From an uncultured Lentisphaeraceae bacterium (GTDB taxonomy: Bacteria; Verrucomicrobiota; Kiritimatiellia; RFP12; UBA1067): 58,542 nt of DNA. A program made the position numbers and the translations under genes. The DNA is taken from contig CAYMLQ010000002.1 of NCBI GenBank assembly GCA_964390795.1, positions 1-58,542 on the forward strand. The letters run 5' to 3'. Below the pieces are notes generated by a model that saw only the letters and a list, made by a program, of their open reading frames with translations, searched no databases and had not been told where the DNA came from. This document shows, one piece after another, positions 6,601 to 16,200 of this stretch; within the stretch, counting starts at the first letter, position 1, and every line of letters starts with the position of its first letter.

Positions 6601-9600
6601 GCGCCTGTGAATGTGCGGGCGACGGACGGCACGCTGTTTGAGGTGACGCGCGTCACCTGGGACGCGGTGCCCGGCGCGACGCACTACGAAGTGTCGCGGG
6701 CGCTGTCTGTCGGCGGAGAGAAGGAAAACCTGACCGGGTGGACCACGGAGGCGGAGTTTGATGACTGGTCGGGTGATCTCGGTGTCGTCTACACCTATTT
6801 TGTCAGGGCGGCGGCGGACGCCGAGGGCTGGCGCGCCAGCGCCTACAGCGTGCCCGATGACGGCGTGACTGGGGCTCGGCCCGTCAACGACGACCGGGCC
6901 GACGCTCTGCTTGTGAGCGGCGCCGCAGGCAGCGTCCAAGGGAACAGCACGCTGGCGACGATGGAGGCGGGCGAGCCGCAGCACGCGGGCTTCTCCGATG
7001 CGGGCGCGTCGGTGTGGTGGCGTTGGGCCGCGCCGGTGAGCGCTCGGGTGACCTTTGACACGTTGGGCAGCGGCGACTTCAACGCGGTGCTGGCGGTGTA
7101 TACGGATGCGGGCGGCGCGTGGGTGCCGGTGGCGAGCGCGGAGCGCGGGGCCGGCGACGCCGCGCAGGTGAGTTTTGACGCGGTGGCGGGCGTGACCTAT
7201 CTGCTCGCGGTGGCGGGACGCCCGGACGCGGAAGGCGCGGTGACGCTCAACTGGACGATCGGCGCCTGGGCGTTCCCCGCGCCGGAAGGCGTGCAGGCCA
7301 CGGCTGGCACGCTGGCCGAGGCGACGCGCGTCACCTGGACGCCCGTACCGGAGGCGGTCTGCTACGAGGTGTCGCGCGCCGAGACGGCGGGCGGGCCGAA
7401 GACGGTGGTGATGGCGTGGGCATCGGCAACGGAGTTCACGGATGTGAGCGGGACGGTCGGCCAGACCTATTCCTATTTTGTGCGGGCGGCACTGGACACG
7501 AACGGGGTGCTGGCGGGCGCGTATGGCGGACCGGCTGCGGGCTGGTCGGCTGCAAAACCGGCCAATGACGATCAGGCCGATGCGGCGCTGTTGAGCGGGC
7601 TATCCGGAACGGCGGCGGGCGACAGCACGGTGGCGACGCGGGAGCCGGGCGAGCCGCAGCACGGCGGCTTCGCCGACGCGGGGGCGTCGCTCTGGTGGCG
7701 CTGGACTGCGCCGGTGGGCGCGCCGGTGACCTTCGCCACGCAGGAGGGCGTCGCGTTTAACGCCGTGCTGGCGGTCTACACGAACGCGGAGCCCGACGTG
7801 TTGGCGCAGGTGGCGGCCGCGGAGCGCGGCACCAACCTGAGCGCAAGCGTGACGTTCGACGCCCAGGCCGGGACGACCTATCGGATCGCGCTGGCGGGCC
7901 GTCCGGCTGCGGGCGGTCTGGTGACGCTGAACTGGTCGTTCGGCGAGTGGACGTTCCCTGCGCCGTCGAGCGTGCAGGCCACGGCCGGCACGCGGCCGGA
8001 TGTGACCCTCGTGACGTGGGACGCGGTGCCGGACGCCCTGTATTACGAGGTGGCGCGTGCGGCTGCGGGCGGCGGCCCGACGAATGCGGTGATGCCGTGG
8101 GCGGCGGCGCTGGAATTCGCGGATACGGCGGGGACGCCGGGCGTGGCTTATCTCTACTACGTGCGGGCGGCGCTGGATGCGAACGGGGTGTTGGCGGGCG
8201 CGTATGGCGGGCCGGCCTCAGGTTGGCTGGCCGTGCGTCCGGCGAATGATCTGCGGGCGAAGGCCTTCGTGTATTCCAATGCGGTGGCGAGCGTGACCGG
8301 CGACAGCACCTGGGCGACCGCGGAAGTCGGCGAGCCGGCGCACGGCGGGGTTGCGGGTGCGACAAACTCGGTATGGTGGAGCTGGACCGCGCCGAGCAAC
8401 GGCGTGGCGCGTTTTGACACGCAGGGCGGCGGTCTGGCCGCGCCGGTGGTGGCCGTCTACACGAACAACGGCGCAGGCGGCGTAGCGCCGGTGGCGGCGT
8501 CGGAGAGCGGCACCAACGGGTATGCCGAGGTGAGTTTTACGGCCGCGAAGAACGTGACATACCTGATCGCGATGGCGGGAGCGGAGGGCGAGTGTGGCCC
8601 GGTGGCGCTGAACCTGACGTTTGTGCCTGCGCCCGTCATTGATGACCCGACCCCGCCCCCGCCGCCGAACATCCTCGGCACGGCTGTGCGAACGGTGGGC
8701 GGCGTGCGGACGCTGAGTCTGACGTTCACGGCGAAACAGGGTGTGACATATGAGGTGCTGACGACACCCCGGCTGGTGACGAACGCGGTCTGGTCGAGCC
8801 TGTCGCCCGCGGTGACGGGGGTGGTGACGGAGGCGCTGGAGACGTTTATGCTGGAGGTGCCGATGACGAACGCTGCCGCGTTCTTCAAGGTCGTGGCGAC
8901 GGCGTGGAGCGGGGGCGGCACGGTTGAGCCGCCGGTGCCTCCGGCGAATGACAAGCGGGCGGACGCCACCGTGATTTCCAACACGGTGTTCAGCGTGACC
9001 GGCGACAGCACCTGGGCGACTGCGGAGGTCGGCGAGCCGGCGCATGGCGGGTTCGCCGATGCGACGAACTCGGTGTGGTGGAGCTGGACCGCGCCGAGCA
9101 ATGGCGTGGCCCATTTCCAAACGCAGAGCGGCGGGTTGGCTTGGCCGGTGGTGGCGGTCTACACGAACAGCGGCACGGGCGGGCTGGTGCCGGTGGCGGC
9201 TTCGGAGAGCGGCACGAACGGGATTGCGCAGGCCAGCGTGCCGGTCGTGTCGGGCGTGACCTATCTGATCGCGGTGGCGGGGCGGGAGGGCACGGGCGGG
9301 CCGGTGACGCTGAACCGGACATTCGAGCCGGAGGACGAGGGCGAACTGCCGCCGCAGCCGAACATCCTTGGCGCGGCGACGCGAATGGCGGATGGCGTGC
9401 GGATGCTCAGGCTGACGTTCACGGCGAAGCAGGGTGTGACGTACGAGGTGCTGACGACACCTAGGCTGGTGACGAACGCGGTTTGGTCCAGTCTGGCGCC
9501 GCCGGTGGCGGGTGTGGTGACGGAGGCTGTGGAGGTGTTCGCGCTGGACGTGCCGATGACGAACGCTGCGGCGTTCTTCAAGATCGAGGCGAGACGCTGA
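3682..9600 (+). CDS. Giant secreted repeat protein: signal peptide, jelly-roll-like domain, alternating FN3-like and PPC-like modules, two C-terminal AAFF[KR] modules
   Basis: The ATG overlaps the upstream stop (TAATG at 3680-3684). N-terminal MRTSTGILFGLIYMAGVSAHA looks like a signal peptide. There are 7 FN3-like units (..ATDGT...RVTWDAVP.A.HYEVSRA...YYYFVRA) and 7 PPC-like units (ND...A..L.G......GEP.H.GF.DA.NSVWW.WTAP....F.T.GS.....LAVYTN). Confidence 0.9.
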   Translation: MRTSTGILFGLIYMAGVSAHAVPAPSAVSASLGTSTQCVIVQWGSVSNAVAYQVQRGTSLDVYGELIYNWRSGWVHTLEQEDVSAGSGVVSYYQVRASESPLGTAASAWSSPLVRGFRALPLDMVMPGSPLRFTPGGDAAWVGQYPPGDLDDAFVNLPVTSDQSTWLSLEVYGPGTLTFQWRTDCDFWDDFTCKVNGNDTFDPIFGVTAWEPRTLMLYDETNIVRWVYNNTPWGNDGLGWVWVKDVVWMPSGAVLEPPAHVQASDGAFFQKTRITWDAVPSATHYEVSRADSANGVKEIVVSWAAGLTADDTGGTAGASYYYFVRAAINASGEKASNYSLPDIGFAGRRPGNDYIRDVAALAGSDVGVTQGDCTWASVQSGEPLHAGFADATNSVWWNWTATANTSVTFKVQGSVTNYQAVLAVYTNAGSVVGTLVPITSGWQDTNEWAGVTFDAVAGATYFFAVAGRDGVGSPVTLRWAVEGWQCPAPANVQATDGTLIGTVRVTWDAVADAEAYEVSRAATLGAGTSEGMPGTPTSDLRSPTSDFRPPTSEVLGKLVVSPWCTSVTFDDTAVSDGSTNYYTVRAAFDTTGWAASADSLPDTGYAQPRPANDRLANAQVLDARYGGSLPGDCLWATFEPDEPLHGGVEGATNSVWWNWTAPTNASVFFETQGSDTNVMPVLAVYTNAGSAAGTLVAITNGVSGTNGWASATFDAVAGATYLIAVAGADGAGGPLTLRWAVAGWLCPAPVNVRASDGALYETVRVTWDAVPDATHYEVWRAASLRPGSLKTRVSPWVPATFFDDTTGNRGVTYYYFVRAATDAAGWLAGPYGLSDAGSSGLRPSNDNQVSAAVLAGEAGVAAGNNALASFEPGEPEHGGFADAANSVWWRWVAPSNAVFVFTTEGSGTNFNPVLAVYTNAAGGLAPVAAAEQGANAYAQVGFVAKAGVTYLIAVAGRQALGGAVVLNWELTLPAPVNVRATDGTLFEVTRVTWDAVPGATHYEVSRALSVGGEKENLTGWTTEAEFDDWSGDLGVVYTYFVRAAADAEGWRASAYSVPDDGVTGARPVNDDRADALLVSGAAGSVQGNSTLATMEAGEPQHAGFSDAGASVWWRWAAPVSARVTFDTLGSGDFNAVLAVYTDAGGAWVPVASAERGAGDAAQVSFDAVAGVTYLLAVAGRPDAEGAVTLNWTIGAWAFPAPEGVQATAGTLAEATRVTWTPVPEAVCYEVSRAETAGGPKTVVMAWASATEFTDVSGTVGQTYSYFVRAALDTNGVLAGAYGGPAAGWSAAKPANDDQADAALLSGLSGTAAGDSTVATREPGEPQHGGFADAGASLWWRWTAPVGAPVTFATQEGVAFNAVLAVYTNAEPDVLAQVAAAERGTNLSASVTFDAQAGTTYRIALAGRPAAGGLVTLNWSFGEWTFPAPSSVQATAGTRPDVTLVTWDAVPDALYYEVARAAAGGGPTNAVMPWAAALEFADTAGTPGVAYLYYVRAALDANGVLAGAYGGPASGWLAVRPANDLRAKAFVYSNAVASVTGDSTWATAEVGEPAHGGVAGATNSVWWSWTAPSNGVARFDTQGGGLAAPVVAVYTNNGAGGVAPVAASESGTNGYAEVSFTAAKNVTYLIAMAGAEGECGPVALNLTFVPAPVIDDPTPPPPPNILGTAVRTVGGVRTLSLTFTAKQGVTYEVLTTPRLVTNAVWSSLSPAVTGVVTEALETFMLEVPMTNAAAFFKVVATAWSGGGTVEPPVPPANDKRADATVISNTVFSVTGDSTWATAEVGEPAHGGFADATNSVWWSWTAPSNGVAHFQTQSGGLAWPVVAVYTNSGTGGLVPVAASESGTNGIAQASVPVVSGVTYLIAVAGREGTGGPVTLNRTFEPEDEGELPPQPNILGAATRMADGVRMLRLTFTAKQGVTYEVLTTPRLVTNAVWSSLAPPVAGVVTEAVEVFALDVPMTNAAAFFKIEARR
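5281..5343 (+). repeat. In-frame heptanucleotide array (9 x 7 nt = 21 codons) inside the giant CDS
   Basis: ggaacgc cgacctc cgacctc cgatctc cgacctc cgacttc cgacctc cgacctc tgaagtc. It is translated as [19 protein letters not shown]. The other FN3 units lack this segment. Confidence 0.85.
8239..9597 (+). repeat. Tandem duplication of about 0.7 kb inside the giant CDS (PPC-like module plus C-terminal module, two copies)
   Basis: The anchor ccggcgaatga occurs at 8239 and 8941 (offset 702). The anchor gtgtgac occurs at 8741 and 9434 (offset 693). Long stretches are near-identical by eye. Confidence 0.8.
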
Positions 9601-9740
9601 GAGAAGAGGTGATAGGTAAAAGGTAAGAGGTAATAGGTACGAGGTATGCCCCTTGCCCGGGGAGTGGGCGTAAACCAGAGGGTACCTGGAACGCCGAACG
9701 CCGAACGCCAACTTCTTACTTCTTACCTATTACCTCTTGA
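9601..9740. repeat. Palindromic heptamer array between convergent genes (probable bidirectional terminator or REP-like structure)
   Basis: Left arm: gagaaga ggtgata ggtaaaa ggtaaga ggtaata ggtacga. Centre: 3 x gaacgcc. Right arm: aacttct tacttct tacctat tacctct. The left aagaggtaataggta pairs exactly with the right tacctattacctctt. Confidence 0.75.
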
Positions 9741-9748
9741 CTCCGCCC

Positions 9749-10576
9749 CTAGAAGTAGAGCATGACGGCATAGAGGAAGTGGCCGGCGCCATAAGCCACG
9801 GCGGCGAAGCCGGGGGCGCAGAGGAGCGGGCGAGCGAAGCGCAGGGCGAGCCAGGCGCAGAGGTAGGCGCACAGCAGGCTGCCATAGAAAACGGCGATGG
9901 CGAAGGCGGGGCCGGAACGCCGCCAGTCGCTCGGGTGAAAGACGTTTTTAGCGGAGAGATGTCCGTTCAGCGCGCAGGCTCCCGTACGCCAAGGAATGAG
10001 TGCGGGTGCGGTCAGGCCTTCGAGGAGGCCGGTTGCGGACCGGGCGATGTGCAGGTACCAGAGCGGCGCGGGTTTGGGTGCGCGGCGCAGGATATCGCGG
10101 AAGCGGCTACGGAAGGTGAGGAACTCGGATTGCGTATCGCCGGTGCCGGTGAGGGCGGCGGAGGTTTGGCGGTCCCAGCGCGCGCAGACGGCCTTGAGGT
10201 CTTTGACGTTCTTGATGAAATCGGGGGAGAAGAGGTCGTTGGGCGCGGAGGGCATGCGGTACAGGATGCCTTGCAGATAGGCGTCGAGGCTGGCGATGCG
10301 CGCGTTCAGCGCGGGCTGGTCCGTGCCCGGCACGTTCGAGAGCACGAGCAGCCGCTCGCTGACCGTCGCGCAGACGTTGCTGGGGTTGATGTCGCCGGTG
10401 CGCAGGAGTTGCATCGGGGTGAGAATGACGGAGGGTGACGCGAGGCGCACGGCAAGGGCAGCTGCCAGAAGCAGCGCTTGCGCGATCCAGAAGCAGATCG
10501 TCAGCGTGCGGCGCTTCTTATCGCGCTTCGACAACGCGTCCATGCCCGCTACGCGGAGGTTTCCAAGAAAAGGCAT
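9749..10576 (-). CDS. Hypothetical membrane protein
   Basis: ATG start. Hydrophobic segments lie near the N-terminus (ICFWIAQALLLAAALAV) and the C-terminus (AFAIAVFYGSLLCAYLCAWLAL...). No family recognised. Divergent from pilT. Confidence 0.55.
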   Translation of the reverse strand: MPFLGNLRVAGMDALSKRDKKRRTLTICFWIAQALLLAAALAVRLASPSVILTPMQLLRTGDINPSNVCATVSERLLVLSNVPGTDQPALNARIASLDAYLQGILYRMPSAPNDLFSPDFIKNVKDLKAVCARWDRQTSAALTGTGDTQSEFLTFRSRFRDILRRAPKPAPLWYLHIARSATGLLEGLTAPALIPWRTGACALNGHLSAKNVFHPSDWRRSGPAFAIAVFYGSLLCAYLCAWLALRFARPLLCAPGFAAVAYGAGHFLYAVMLYF

Positions 10577-10644
10577 GTTTGGAGAATAACAAAATCGCGA
10601 GGTTGGTCAAACGAAAATCGGTATACGCGATAAGGAGGCTCAAA

Positions 10645-11970
10645 ATGGGAAATGAAACAGGATCTAAACCGGGGGCAGAGGGTGTGGCGTCGGAAGCGTG
10701 GCAGCCGCCGTGGGCGCGAGCCCAGGCCCAGGCCCCGGCCGCTGAGCCGGTGGCAGCCGAGAGCGTGGTGCAGCAGCCGCTGACGGCCGCGGATCTTTTC
10801 CGCGAAACGAAGCCGTCGCAGGAGCAGGCGGGTGCCGCGGATACGTTTGAGGTGCGGGATGCGGGCGGTGCGCACGGGCTGCACCTGCATGCGCTGCTCA
10901 AGCAAAGCATCCAGGCCAAGGCGTCGGATATCATGATCGCGCCGGGGCGCAGGCCCAGCGTGCGGGTTGACGGCGACATGACGCCGATGGCCGACTTTCC
11001 TGTGCTGACGTCCGCTGACGCCGACACGATCTTGCGGGCGATCCTGAAGGAAAGCCAGTTGCGCACGCTGGATTCGGAGTGGGAGCTGGACTGCGCGTAC
11101 GAGCTGGACGGATATCGTTTCCGCGTGAACGTCCACAAACAGTTGCGAGGGCTGGCGGCGGTGTTCCGTCTGCTGGGCGAAAAGATCCTGACGCCGGAGC
11201 AGATCGGGCTCAGCGATCCGATCATCCGGCTGACGGATCTCGAGCAGGGGCTGGTGCTGGTCACCGGGCCGACGGGCAGCGGCAAGACCACCACGCTGGC
11301 GACCATGATTGACAAGATCAACCGGGAGTGCGCGTATCATATTCTGACCATTGAAGACCCTGTCGAAATCGTGCATGAGGAAAAGTACAAATGCGTGATC
11401 ACCCACCGTGAGCTGGGCGCGCACACCAAGAGCTTCAACAACGCCTTGCGCTCGGCCTTGCGCGAGGCGCCGGACGTGATCCTCGTGGGCGAAATGCGCG
11501 ACTTGGAGACGATCGGTCTGGCGCTGACGGCGGCGGAGACGGGGCACTTGGTGTTCGCGACCCTGCACACGCGCAGCGCGGCGGAGACGATCAACCGCGT
11601 GATCGATGTGTTCCCTTCGGCGCAGCAGCCGATGGTGCGGTCGCAGTTGGCCAGCTCGCTCAAGGCCGTGGTCAGCCAGAAACTGCTGAAGAGGCTGCCG
11701 AAAGGGCGTGTGGCGGCGCGCGAGGTGATGCTCGGGACGAGCGCGATCGCCAACCAGATCCGCACGAGCAAGACGCACGAGATCTACTCGTCGATCCAGT
11801 CCGGCTTCGAGCTCGGGATGCTCACGCTGGAGCAGTCGCTGGCGCAGCTCGTTCTGGACGGGGTGGCCGATCACGGTGAGGCGTTCGACTGCGCGAACGA
11901 CAAAGAGGTCTTCGAGAGCTATGTGACGAGTCTGGGCGCGAAGCGCAAAGAAGCCGCGAAAAGGAAATGA
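10645..11970 (+). CDS. pilT: PilT/PilU-family pilus retraction ATPase with an N-terminal extension of about 95 aa
   Basis: taaggagg lies 7 nt upstream of the ATG at 10645. Motifs: Walker A GPTGSGKTT, Asp box TIEDPVE, Walker B DVILVGEMRD, His box TGHLVFATLHT. Confidence 0.9.
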   Translation: MGNETGSKPGAEGVASEAWQPPWARAQAQAPAAEPVAAESVVQQPLTAADLFRETKPSQEQAGAADTFEVRDAGGAHGLHLHALLKQSIQAKASDIMIAPGRRPSVRVDGDMTPMADFPVLTSADADTILRAILKESQLRTLDSEWELDCAYELDGYRFRVNVHKQLRGLAAVFRLLGEKILTPEQIGLSDPIIRLTDLEQGLVLVTGPTGSGKTTTLATMIDKINRECAYHILTIEDPVEIVHEEKYKCVITHRELGAHTKSFNNALRSALREAPDVILVGEMRDLETIGLALTAAETGHLVFATLHTRSAAETINRVIDVFPSAQQPMVRSQLASSLKAVVSQKLLKRLPKGRVAAREVMLGTSAIANQIRTSKTHEIYSSIQSGFELGMLTLEQSLAQLVLDGVADHGEAFDCANDKEVFESYVTSLGAKRKEAAKRK

Positions 11971-11982
11971 GGATGAGACGCC

Positions 11983-13092
11983 ATGCATGAGATCGACCCA
12001 TTGCTGAAAGAAATGGAAGCGGCAGGGGCTTCGGACCTGCACATCAAGACGGGGCGCCCTCCCGCCCTGCGCGTGGACGGCGTGATGCGCGTGATGGAGA
12101 CCGCGCCCGTGTCGTATGAGGAGGTGGAGCGGATGGTCAAGACCGTGCTTCCTCCGCGCCTTCAGGAGCAATACCTGCGCGACCACGAGGCGGACGCGTC
12201 GTATCTGCCCAAGGGCGGGCGGGACCGGTTCCGCGTGAACGCGTTTTTCCAGCGGAACGCGCCGGGGCTTGTTTTCCGCCGCATCCCGCGCGACATTCCG
12301 ACCCTGGACGGGCTGAACCATCCGCAGGTTCTCAAGAAGCTGTGCGGCCTGGAAAAGGGGCTGGTGATCGTGACGGGCCCGACGGGCTCCGGCAAGTCCA
12401 CGACGCTGGCCGCCATGGTGCGGTACATCAACGAGCGCGAGCCGCTGCACATCATCACCATCGAAGACCCCATGGAGTTCGAGCACGAGGACATCAACTG
12501 CGTCATCGAGCAGCGCGAGGTCGGGCTTGACACCTTTTCGTTTACCGAGGCCCTGCGGCGGGCGCTCCGTCAGGATCCCGACGTGATCCTGCTGGGCGAG
12601 ATGCGTGACGCGGAAACCATGATGATCGCGACCTCGGCCGCCGAGACGGGGCATTTGGTGTTCTCGACGCTGCACACCAACGACGCCAAGCAGAGCGTGT
12701 CGCGCATCATCAACACGTTTCCGCCTGAACAGCACTTCCAGACGCGGCTCAAGCTGGCGGCTGCGCTACAGGCGGTGATTAGCCAGACCCTGCTTCCGAA
12801 GAAGAACGGCGGGCGCGTGGCGGTGCTGGAGATCATGATCACGACGCCGTTCGTACGCGACCTGATCGCCAAGGGCCGCTATGAGGACTTGGACGAGGCG
12901 ATCGAGCAGGGCACGCATTACGGGATGCAGTCGATGAACCAGGACATCCTGACGAAGTGGATGGGCGACGTCATCACCGACGAGGACGCGCTGGCCTCGA
13001 GCGTGCGCCCGCAGGACTTGCAGGTGATGATGGAGCAGTTCCGGCTGAAGAAGGCGCAGTGGCTCGCGGGACAGAAGAAGACGGTGAAATAG
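11983..13092 (+). CDS. pilT: PilT-family pilus retraction ATPase (second paralog)
   Basis: Motifs: GPTGSGKST, TIEDPMEF, DVILLGEMRD, TGHLVFSTLHT. The length is typical for PilT. Confidence 0.9.
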   Translation: MHEIDPLLKEMEAAGASDLHIKTGRPPALRVDGVMRVMETAPVSYEEVERMVKTVLPPRLQEQYLRDHEADASYLPKGGRDRFRVNAFFQRNAPGLVFRRIPRDIPTLDGLNHPQVLKKLCGLEKGLVIVTGPTGSGKSTTLAAMVRYINEREPLHIITIEDPMEFEHEDINCVIEQREVGLDTFSFTEALRRALRQDPDVILLGEMRDAETMMIATSAAETGHLVFSTLHTNDAKQSVSRIINTFPPEQHFQTRLKLAAALQAVISQTLLPKKNGGRVAVLEIMITTPFVRDLIAKGRYEDLDEAIEQGTHYGMQSMNQDILTKWMGDVITDEDALASSVRPQDLQVMMEQFRLKKAQWLAGQKKTVK

Positions 13093-13123
13093 GGTTGGGC
13101 AGACTTGGCCTGCCCAACCCTAT
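13089..13123 (+). terminator. Stem-loop overlapping the pilT2 stop codon
   Basis: atagggttgggcag (13089-13102) pairs perfectly with ctgcccaaccctat (13110-13123) around a 7-nt loop. There is no clear U-tract. Confidence 0.55.
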
Positions 13124-13242
13124 ACATAACCTCGACCTACGCACGACGGGTATGTGTTGCCTTGCTGATGTAGAGATTTATCTACAAGGCAGGCTCTGGG
13201 CAGGGCCGCGAGAAACGGGTATGCTTGAGGTGGTTTTGGGCA

Positions 13243-16200
13243 ATGGGTTCTAACGGACGAGTGACGAGGAGTACAAAAGGGATGAGCGCAACGGCTATTC
13301 GGTTGGCGATGTGGAGCGGATGTCTTGCGGCAAGGAGGCTGAGCGCTCTCGGCTTGGTTGTTCTCACGCTTGGTTTTGCAGCGATGCCTCTCGATCAGGC
13401 CGGTGCCGTGCCGGCCTGCCCAGGAGGTGCCGACGTCATGCAACCGAGCGGGAAAACCATCCAAATCCATCTGCGCGGCGACGAGCTTCTGCATTGGACA
13501 GAGGACTCGGCAGGCTACACGATCCTTCTTGATGCGGCATCGAAAACCTGGGTGTACGCCACCCTCGATGCGGCAGGCCAACTGACCGCGAGTGCTGCTG
13601 TTGTGGGTGAGCAGGATCCAGCCGCACTGGCTTTGCCCAAGCGGCTTCTGCCGGAAACCGCGATCCGAGAGGCGCAAGCGGCTGCGGCCAGTCGCGCACA
13701 AACAGCCGAAGACGACGGCGGGCCGCAGCGTGCGGCGACGACGGGGACGATGAAGAATCTGGTTTTGTTGGTGGGCTTCTCTGATCTGCCGTTCACCCGG
13801 ACGAAGGCTGAATACGAAGCGCTGTTCAACACGATCGGCTACACGGCCGACGGGGCGCAAGGATCCGTGAAGGATTTCTACAAAGAGATCTCCTATAATC
13901 AATTGAACGTGGACTCGGTTGTTGTGGAACCCGTCACGCTGGCCAACGGATACGCGTATTATGGCGGGGATGGCGGGACAGGGCTGCGTCCCCGCGAGAT
14001 GGTGCAGGAAGCCCTTGCGGCAGTTGAGGCTCGCGGCTTTAATTTTTCGACGGTGGACAGCGACGGCGACGGGTGGGTTGACGGGCTGACGGTGATCCAT
14101 GCCGGCGGAGGGGCAGAGTACGGCGGTAACGACTATAACTACATCTGGTCGCACAAGTGGTCGATGGTCAGTACCGTGACGTACGACGGCAAGAGCATGC
14201 GGATGTACCACACGGAGCCTGAGCGGCGCGGGTGGGACAGTTCGCCAAGCTCATGGGGGATCACGCGGATTGGCGTCATCTGCCACGAGAACGGCCACTT
14301 CCTCGGGCTCCCCGACCTCTACGATTACGGATCAGACAGTTCCGGCGTCGGCGATTTCTGCCTGATGGCCAGTGGGTCGTGGAACGGCAACTCCGGTACG
14401 CAGCCGGCGCAGCCGAGCGCCTGGTGCAAGATGATGCTCGCGTGGCTGACACCCACCGAGGTGACGGCATCGGGCACGTATCCGGTGCCGCGGGTCGAGG
14501 ACAACCAGACCGTCTATCGACTTCGCGGGGCGTTCCCCTCGACTCAGTATTTCTTGATCGAGAACCGTCAGGGCTTCGGCTTTGACGCCAGCCTGCCCGG
14601 AAGCACGCGCGGGCTGCTCATCTGGCATGTCGACGAGACCATTTATAACAACAACGACCAGACGCACTACAGGGTCGATCTTGAAGAGGCCGGCGGCACG
14701 CAGGATCTTGAGTTGAATGCGAACAGTGGCAACGACGCGGACTACTTCCGGGCCGGCACACTGACGACCTTCAATTCCGGGACGACGCCGAACAACCGCA
14801 GTTACGCGGGCGTTGCGTTGGGCCAGGAGATCACAGCCGTTTCCGCAGCGTCGGCAACGATGTCCTTCACGGTGTCCCAAGGGATTGAGCAGTCCACGCT
14901 GCAGTTCAGTTCGGCAACCTATTCGGTGGCTGAGGTGGGCGTCAGTGTACGTGTCTACGTCAGCCGCACAGGCGGTTCAGTCGGCGCGGCCAGCGTGAGC
15001 TATGCGACGGCGAACGGGACGGCCACGGCTGGGTCAGGTTTGGACTACACGGCCAAGTCGGGCACGCTGAGCTGGGCCGACGGGAATGCGGACGACAAGT
15101 GGATCGACATCCTGATCAACAACGATACGGCGGCGGAAATCGCCGAGTTCTTCACGGTCACGTTAAGCAATCCCAGCGGCGCGCTCTTGGGGACGCCCGG
15201 CGCGACCACGGTGACCATCGAAGGCCCAAATGATCAGCCCCTTGCGCCCGCCAATGACAATTTCGCCAACGCCGTGTCGCTGTCGGGCAATAGCGGGACG
15301 GTGGTCAGCAATACCAGCAGCGCGACGGTTGAGGCCGGCGAGCCGGCGCATGCGGGGGTTGGCCCCTTCAAGTCCATCTGGTACACCTTCACGCCGCTCT
15401 CCAACGGGACGTTCACCGTGAACACGCATGGCAGCGCCTTCGATACGGTCCTTGCGCTGTACACCGGCTCGGCTGTGGGCAGCCTGACTCCCATCGCCTG
15501 GAATGACGGGGACGGCTGGCCAAACAATAATAGCGGACTGACGGGCATCGCGCTGACTGGCGGAATCCCCTGCCGGATTGCCCTTGCCGGATATGACAGC
15601 TCAGAGTCCGGCGCGACGGTGTTGAACTGGGAATTCACGCCGAGCAGCGCGTTTCCCGCGCCCACGGGTGTCGGCGCGACCGACGGGACGTGGGTGGATC
15701 GTGTGCGGGCGACTTGGTCTGCGGTGGCGGGTGCCAGCAACTACAAGGTTTACCGCAACACCAGCGCCAGCACCACGGGCGCTGTCTTGCTGAATCCGGC
15801 TGGCACCACGGATCTGTTTTATGATGACATGACCGCCTTGCAGAGCGTGAACTATTACTACTGGGTGACGGCTGTCAACGCGGAGGGCTTAGCGAGCGGG
15901 TTCAGCCTCCCCGATGCCGGCTACCGGGGGGGCACGGCCCTGCCCGCGCCGGAAGGCGTGGTGGTATCGCGTGGCGTGTATACGAACAGGGTGGTCATTC
16001 AGTGGCAGCCGTTGGCAGGCGCATCGCACTACCGCGTGTTGAGGGCCAACACGCTCGGCGGCGTGACCGAGGTCATCACGGTTTGGGTGACGGGAACCAG
16101 CGGAACCGATTGGGATACCGAGCCAGGCGTTTCCTACTGGTATGCGGTGCAGGCGGCATTGGATGATACGGGAACCGGGGTCGGCCCCTCCAGCGCACAG

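Noticed and set aside
4672-6984. 770-aa ORF on the minus strand inside the giant gene (similar ones at 8218-9711, 7757-8365 and 6123-6656).
   Set aside because: It is antisense to a strongly periodic, domain-rich ORF. The translation is Arg/Pro/Gly/His-rich junk with no motifs. Such shadow ORFs are typical of high-GC DNA.
8239-9597. Diversity-generating retroelement (template/variable repeat pair), suggested by two near-identical 0.7-kb copies.
   Set aside because: No reverse transcriptase is present in the window. Both copies are coding and in tandem, and the differences are not confined to adenine positions.
10549-12735. 728-aa minus-strand ORF spanning both pilT genes.
   Set aside because: It lies opposite two unmistakable PilT ATPases, is Arg-rich and low in complexity, and crosses an intergenic gap. 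It is an antisense artefact.
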